The notes under the pieces were generated by a model. It saw only the letters and a list, made by a program, of their open reading frames with translations. It ran no database searches and had not been told where the DNA came from. Made by a program: the position numbers and the translations under genes. Below are positions 58,923 to 64,000 of a stretch of DNA of 64,000 nt, one piece after another. The number at the start of each line of letters is the position of its first letter. Within the stretch, counting starts at the first letter, position 1. The stretch is from Schizochytrium sp. TIO01. Lineage: Eukaryota > Protista > Bigyra: Labyrinthulomycetes. The stretch spans positions 1,922,001 through 1,986,000 of the forward strand of contig SMSO01000004.1 of the NCBI GenBank assembly GCA_004764695.1. Direction: 5' to 3'.

Positions 58923-60131
58923 TCACGAGGTACACTCAAGATGGCGCTGCAGCAGTTGTAAAGCGGTGACGATGACATGGCGTTTTGGTGCGTCGAGAGC
59001 CTGCATGGATGATGTAGGCTCGGGCGATGGCGGAGAAGGAGAAGATTCATCGAATTCATTACAACTTCTGGAGACAGCATCAATTTTTTGCAATGGAGGA
59101 CTATTCAAATAGGGCGTAACATTTAGCGGTGGGTTTGTTGAATGCCGGTTCAAAAGAGAGAGGACTACTTGCGCTTGCAAGCGCATCTCACTACGAGAGA
59201 GTCCATTCGGTGTGTCCAAAATATGTCTGAATATCTTTTTCCCTCGCAAGCTGGAGAGGCCAGCAAGTTCAAGCTCTGTTGCATCGGTCGTTGTTACAGT
59301 AGAAGCGGAGATTGTTGTGCTATCACTATCGTATCCACTTGCCAAAGGGTTGTTCCATCGCATTATTTTTCGGCGCATCCGCGCAGGCGACCTCCTGTCC
59401 AAGGTAGCATCCACGTCTGCGGGCCGATCCGTAATTTGATGTTTTGCCAAATCAAGAAGTGTACTATTTTCTTTAAATTTGTCATGGCACAGGTCAGTTT
59501 GCCTTTTCAAAACCCTTTTACGAACTTGTAGATTGTGTCGACGCTGTTGTTCAAGTTTTGCAGTAAGCAGAGCCACATCGTTTTGTGCAAGATTGACGAA
59601 CTCTGCAAACTCTTGAATCAGAGCACAGCGCAATGCATTTGCCGCCTTAGTTTCCTTATCATTCGATCGGCAGGACGCTTTGTCTGGCTCATTCGAAGAC
59701 TCCAAACAAATTTGTTTAGCTTGCAGTGACTTGTAAGGAAGCTTAGAAGTTGGTTTACCCAACGATTTTTCATATGTTTCTACATTTCCACCTGTAGGTT
59801 TCCTTTGATCACAGGTTTGAGCTCGCAAGGTAGGGTTCAGCAGTCCGGCTCTCTCAAAGTGCTCAAATGTCGCGCGAATTCCTCGACCATTCCGCAACAT
59901 CGTTGATGATAGTAGACATCGTCCCATTTCCCCAAACGGATCATGCGCCTTGCCCCGGGCTTCTGGTGCAGATGGCTGAAGCATTTTGCTAGTAGATTCG
60001 TATGCATGGTTGGCTGGAGTTACAGTAGTGTCTGTCATTAAAATACCAGCTTGAGAACTCCTAACAGAAGCAAACTCATCCAGTTTAGAACTGGCGCTGC
60101 TCTGTTTGCTGACACGCTTCTTTCGAGCCAT
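58923..60131 (-). CDS. Hypothetical protein (about 402 aa) with a central predicted coiled coil
   Basis: Long ORF. First ATG is at 60131 (MARKKRVSKQ). No family recognised. Confidence 0.75.
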   Translation of the reverse strand: MARKKRVSKQSSASSKLDEFASVRSSQAGILMTDTTVTPANHAYESTSKMLQPSAPEARGKAHDPFGEMGRCLLSSTMLRNGRGIRATFEHFERAGLLNPTLRAQTCDQRKPTGGNVETYEKSLGKPTSKLPYKSLQAKQICLESSNEPDKASCRSNDKETKAANALRCALIQEFAEFVNLAQNDVALLTAKLEQQRRHNLQVRKRVLKRQTDLCHDKFKENSTLLDLAKHQITDRPADVDATLDRRSPARMRRKIMRWNNPLASGYDSDSTTISASTVTTTDATELELAGLSSLRGKKIFRHILDTPNGLSRSEMRLQAQVVLSLLNRHSTNPPLNVTPYLNSPPLQKIDAVSRSCNEFDESSPSPPSPEPTSSMQALDAPKRHVIVTALQLLQRHLECTS

Positions 60132-60675
60132 AAAAGCTAAGATCCTTCTGAAGTAGCTTAGTTTTGGCACAACACTAAGCAGGAATGTCCACAGTGACTC
60201 AGTGCACACTATTATTTGTGCTAGGACGAAGGGTCAAGGAGCGAGGGATGGTGAGAAGAAGCTGAAGCTGCTTACGTTGTCAAGGTTAGGTTCTATAGTA
60301 AGATCGCAATCAGCAATGCTCGGTTCTCACAGCTCTCCCTTGAAGGGTCTTTCTGGCGTGAGAATCGTGCAAGCAGCTTTAAGTATGACGTGTGCCAGTT
60401 AAATGGCCACAGGTTTTGATGTATCTGTACCCTTAGAACCTGAACTTTTGTAAGGGTTGAGCTTTGTCACTACTCTGATGATGCTTGTAGATCCAGGTGG
60501 CCTCATTGATGTAATCTTATTGTTAACGTTATTGTTGACAATAAACCCGTTAACCTTTCTTTTCATTCCTTGCTTCACATATTGAGCAATCCCAAATCGA
60601 AGTGCCCTCAACGCTGGCTTTGGAGATCTTGTTCGAGTAGCTCTCTCCAGGCCAAGTTGCCACGGCGTATTCAGA

Positions 60676-61811
60676 ATGGGGAGGGGGTCTACTCTCGGGA
60701 TCGAGGCGCTTGCAGCTCGTGCAGAACTTGAGGTCCTGAGGTGGATGCACAAGACTCGGGTTTCGTTTCCGCTGCATAGGTTCATAGCAAGTGTGACTTC
60801 TCCAAGACTTGGCCAAGACCTTGCGAGCTGCGTTGTGATTTTAGGTATTGCAGGGCTTTGGCAAGTTGGCTATAGGCTGTTTTGGGCTTCTATTCTGGGA
60901 TGCATATGTTTTGTTATTGGAAAAGCCAGCTTCGGACCTGGTTGGAGACCTGCACGCTATGACATGAGTCTCCAATCGGCCTTTCGAGCTAACGATGATG
61001 CTTCTGTGTCAGGTTTAGTTTTGTTTGGTACTATCGTTCTCGGAGAGCTTGCTCTTGCTGCGGATACCTGGGCCTTAAGTATGCTTTTCTGTTCAGGATT
61101 ACTTACCTGTGCGTATTCGAGGATGCTGGCAATGGCTCATTTCCCTCACCAAGGTAAGTCAGGAGGATGCTTAGGGATATTTTTTTTTAATCTAACCGAA
61201 TGTATTATACGGATGAGGCAAAGGTGTAAGGAGTTCATCCGTGACATTCAGCAAAACATTAAGCAGAACACCTGCTTTTAATTACGTTACCAAAGAGGTT
61301 AGGACATAAACACTTGTAAAGTTAGCCTACTGACGCACATGAATTCTTACTCGATGTTTCTGCACAAATTCTTGCTTTTATGACCCTGTCCGAACGGGTC
61401 TGCAAAACGTTGCGACCTTTCATCTGTAACTATGTAGTTGCAATTTCGATTCTCCTCGGCGCAGGAGCAATGGTACTAACAAGAACTATAGAAAGACGCC
61501 TTCCTGTTCTTTCGCAAAATCAGTGCCTTAGTGCAAGCTTTTTAGCTGGAATGTTTACACTCATGGTTTTGCTATTGCGTTTTGAGAGTGATGATACAAG
61601 TGTCCGGCCATTTAACTTAGCAAAACATGAGTACAAGCGGGTTCTTTACAACATAATGGATAGTGATGCATCTCTTGAACAGAAACGTGGAAGCGGCAAT
61701 CTAAAGTCTCCTCCAAAGGATTCGTTTGTTAATTTAGTGCGCTCTTTAGAAGCGCGATCATCAGGACAGCAGTACCAAAAACAATCAAATTTGCGATATC
61801 AAGAACCTTGA
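60676..61811 (+). CDS. PAP2-superfamily (glucose-6-phosphatase-like) membrane protein, two exons: 60676-61153 and 61438-61811
   Basis: Phase-1 intron 61154-61437 (G|GTAAGT...TGTAG|TT) joins the two ORFs into YSRMLAMAHFPHQVAISILLG, the PAP2 C3 motif. K..WRP C1-like motif and multiple TM segments. Confidence 0.8.
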
Positions 61812-62760
61812 ACTGAGAAAGAAAATCACAACTGTATCAAGCAAGAAAGGTTAATGTTTTTGCTTTTTTTCTTTATAAACGAAGGCCATCTGGTTTACGA
61901 TGATTGTATTGATCGCATGTGTAAGTACGTAAAGACCAGTCCTGTAAGCTGAAGTACATTTTGTCCACTTTGTACCAGCCCATATTTGAGTTTTATTGGG
62001 TAGGGTCGTTCAATAGCTTTGACAAGATAAACTGTGATCAAACGTTATGACAAGGGTACTCCTCACAGGTTTAATGGTCAATGCAGGGTTTCTATTTAAT
62101 TTTTTTTTCCTAAAAATTTCAAGAAAAAATGATATGAGAATGAGAGTTTGTTTCATTTTAGGCACCGTAAAATAAATTTGTTCGCAAACAAAGAAATGGG
62201 TAGATCTAAAGCACTATTAGTTATAGGGCGAGCCTCAAAGCTGCTTATTACTAGAAGATGTATGGTTGCCTTATAAAAAGTACTACTCTAAGTACCATGT
62301 ATGCTGCAGGCATAGACACTTATTTGGATAATTATAGTGCACTTTCAGTTGCAGGACAGACTTGGCGAAAATTGAAAAATGAACTCCTTCTATTCATCTT
62401 TCTTCTACATAGTTATTTATGCATTGCATTTAGAACCATGACATATTGATTTTTATACTAACGGGTTTGGTATCGTCTGCGGGTGGATAAATTTGCTGCT
62501 GCACTGATGAGTAAGCATTTTACATGAAAACAAAACAAAACAAACATTGTGAATAGTTAAAGCTTGATTGTAAGCCGAGCCTTCTAGTAGGCTTTGTAAT
62601 GACTAGCAACATATGTCTTTTAAACACATATACACACAGTTGCATAACTGAAGCACAATAGAAATAGCGCCTCAGGTCACAAAGCAAAGCTACAGTATCA
62701 GATAAACATGATGCAAGATAGCTTCTTGCTAGAAATAATGGAGCTGTGGTGGAAGATAAT

Positions 62761-64000
62761 TTATAGATCTGTGGGATCCGCGTCAAATTCCCGACGGGGC
62801 TGCTTAGGTCCTCGGTTGAAGAATGAGATTGGTCTCGAGAAATGGGATGAAGGCATGTCCTTCTTATACTGGCGAATTTCTGCCTTAAGAGCATCTCCTT
62901 CACGCTGCAAACGAAGAATCTCAGCAGGATCACGAGTGCTTTTGGCTTGAGCTCTGACGCGTAGAAGCTCTTCACGGGACTTCTGCATCTTGGCGACCAG
63001 GTCATCACCACCGCCGTTAGCATACTCGACATCGCGCTCGAGATTAACAATATTTCCATCATAGACGTACTTTTCATCACGCCGCCAGCGACGGCGGTAA
63101 CGAAGCATACCGGCCACAGCAATGACAAAAAGACCTGCTGCAACGCCACCTCCAATAGCAGCTCGCATGGTACTTTGACGATTTTCTGCTCCGGTGTTTG
63201 TAACTGGGTCAAGAGCAGGTGTACTGGCTGCCTTTGGCTGGGTAGTCACCACAGCATCAGTAGATGCAACGAAGTAGCAACTGGTTGTATTTTGGGTTGC
63301 ATTCAATTCAATGGAGTATGTTGCGGTCTCATTCTCATATGTAATGACTTCTTGTAAAGAACATCCTTGCCCATACGTGGCATAGATACCAAATGACACA
63401 TTAATCATGTCGGTGCTGAAGACAGCGGAATAAGATCCGTCGTCATTGTCAACAATCGACGCACTAATAATAGCGGGGGTCAAGCTTCCATTGTAGAAAA
63501 GGCCTGTTTCTTCATCAGCATTTTCGACAAAGTATGCTTCCATGTAGTTACTAAAACCACCAAAGGTAATTTCGTAACCGCAGAGGTCATAAGTTTGAAT
63601 TGTGTAAGCTACTTGATCCTCGCCGTTAGCTGTGACATTCTTGGGAACTCCCGAGTTAATATCCTCCGAATAAGAGCTGTCATAATCAATACCAACAGTA
63701 CGGACATTCCAGCTTGTAATACGTTGTTCAACAACAGTGTTTCCATTGGCAGAAGTAAAACCAATATAAGCACTTGTTCCCCCAATGATTTCTTCAAGAT
63801 AGAAGTAATCTTGTGTTAAGAGCAACACGCCATCCTGGTAAATGCGGAGCTGATGGTACTGCTCAAGATACATAAACGTCAGGTTGTAGACTTCCTGTTC
63901 TACAACAGATAACGTTGTATCACTGAATGAGGAAATGGGAATTGCAATTGTATTATTCGTGTTGTAGTTGAGGTAGGCATCCAGCTCACCACATGTGCTG
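62761..64000 (-). CDS. Type I membrane protein (5' part outside the window) with legume-lectin-like and filamin/Ig-like domains
   Basis: Frame is open to the window edge. AYIGFTSANG...QRITSW is an L-type lectin C-terminal pattern. YTIQTYDLCG...GG...IVDNDDGSYSAVF is filamin-type. TM segment AAIGGGVAAGLFVIAVAGML is followed by RYRRRWRR and a helical cytoplasmic tail. Confidence 0.85.
   Translation of the reverse strand, partial: STCGELDAYLNYNTNNTIAIPISSFSDTTLSVVEQEVYNLTFMYLEQYHQLRIYQDGVLLLTQDYFYLEEIIGGTSAYIGFTSANGNTVVEQRITSWNVRTVGIDYDSSYSEDINSGVPKNVTANGEDQVAYTIQTYDLCGYEITFGGFSNYMEAYFVENADEETGLFYNGSLTPAIISASIVDNDDGSYSAVFSTDMINVSFGIYATYGQGCSLQEVITYENETATYSIELNATQNTTSCYFVASTDAVVTTQPKAASTPALDPVTNTGAENRQSTMRAAIGGGVAAGLFVIAVAGMLRYRRRWRRDEKYVYDGNIVNLERDVEYANGGGDDLVAKMQKSREELLRVRAQAKSTRDPAEILRLQREGDALKAEIRQYKKDMPSSHFSRPISFFNRGPKQPRREFDADPTDL

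Noticed and set aside
62520-63212. 230-aa ORF on the minus strand
   Set aside because: Alternative frame overlapping the well-supported membrane protein gene, with no motifs.

Overview
Eukaryotic genomic DNA, not prokaryotic. It carries mostly single-exon genes with eukaryote-specific products, GT-AG introns and abundant tetranucleotide microsatellites. I found no operons, rRNA, tRNA or CRISPR. Gene content and style suggest a flagellated stramenopile protist such as a thraustochytrid (inference only). Fifteen protein-coding genes are supported: a putatively myristoylated AGC kinase, an SNM1/Apollo-type nuclease, NUF2, an STPG/ODF3-like protein, stomatin-like protein 2, TSR3, a PP2C, a 7TM-RGS protein, WASH1, STK19, a secreted Mib_herc2-LRR protein, a PAP2/G6Pase-like protein, a lectin/filamin membrane protein running off the window end, and two unknown ORFs. 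The most unusual observations are: (1) a gene-poor tract (~22.8-48.7 kb) that reads as a mosaic of short, broken coding-like fragments, some resembling VPS11 or cyclase-family proteins, joined by tetranucleotide stubs and one perfect 303-bp (ATCA)n, with a separate NB-ARC-like relic at 51.6 kb; (2) an SNM1 nuclease carrying a C-terminal Myb/SANT-like domain; (3) a signal peptide + Mib_herc2 + LRR fusion; (4) a 7TM-RGS receptor; (5) two intergenic segments that fold into multi-stem RNA structures. I cannot demonstrate a complete new system from sequence alone. All homology calls are by eye, without database searches.
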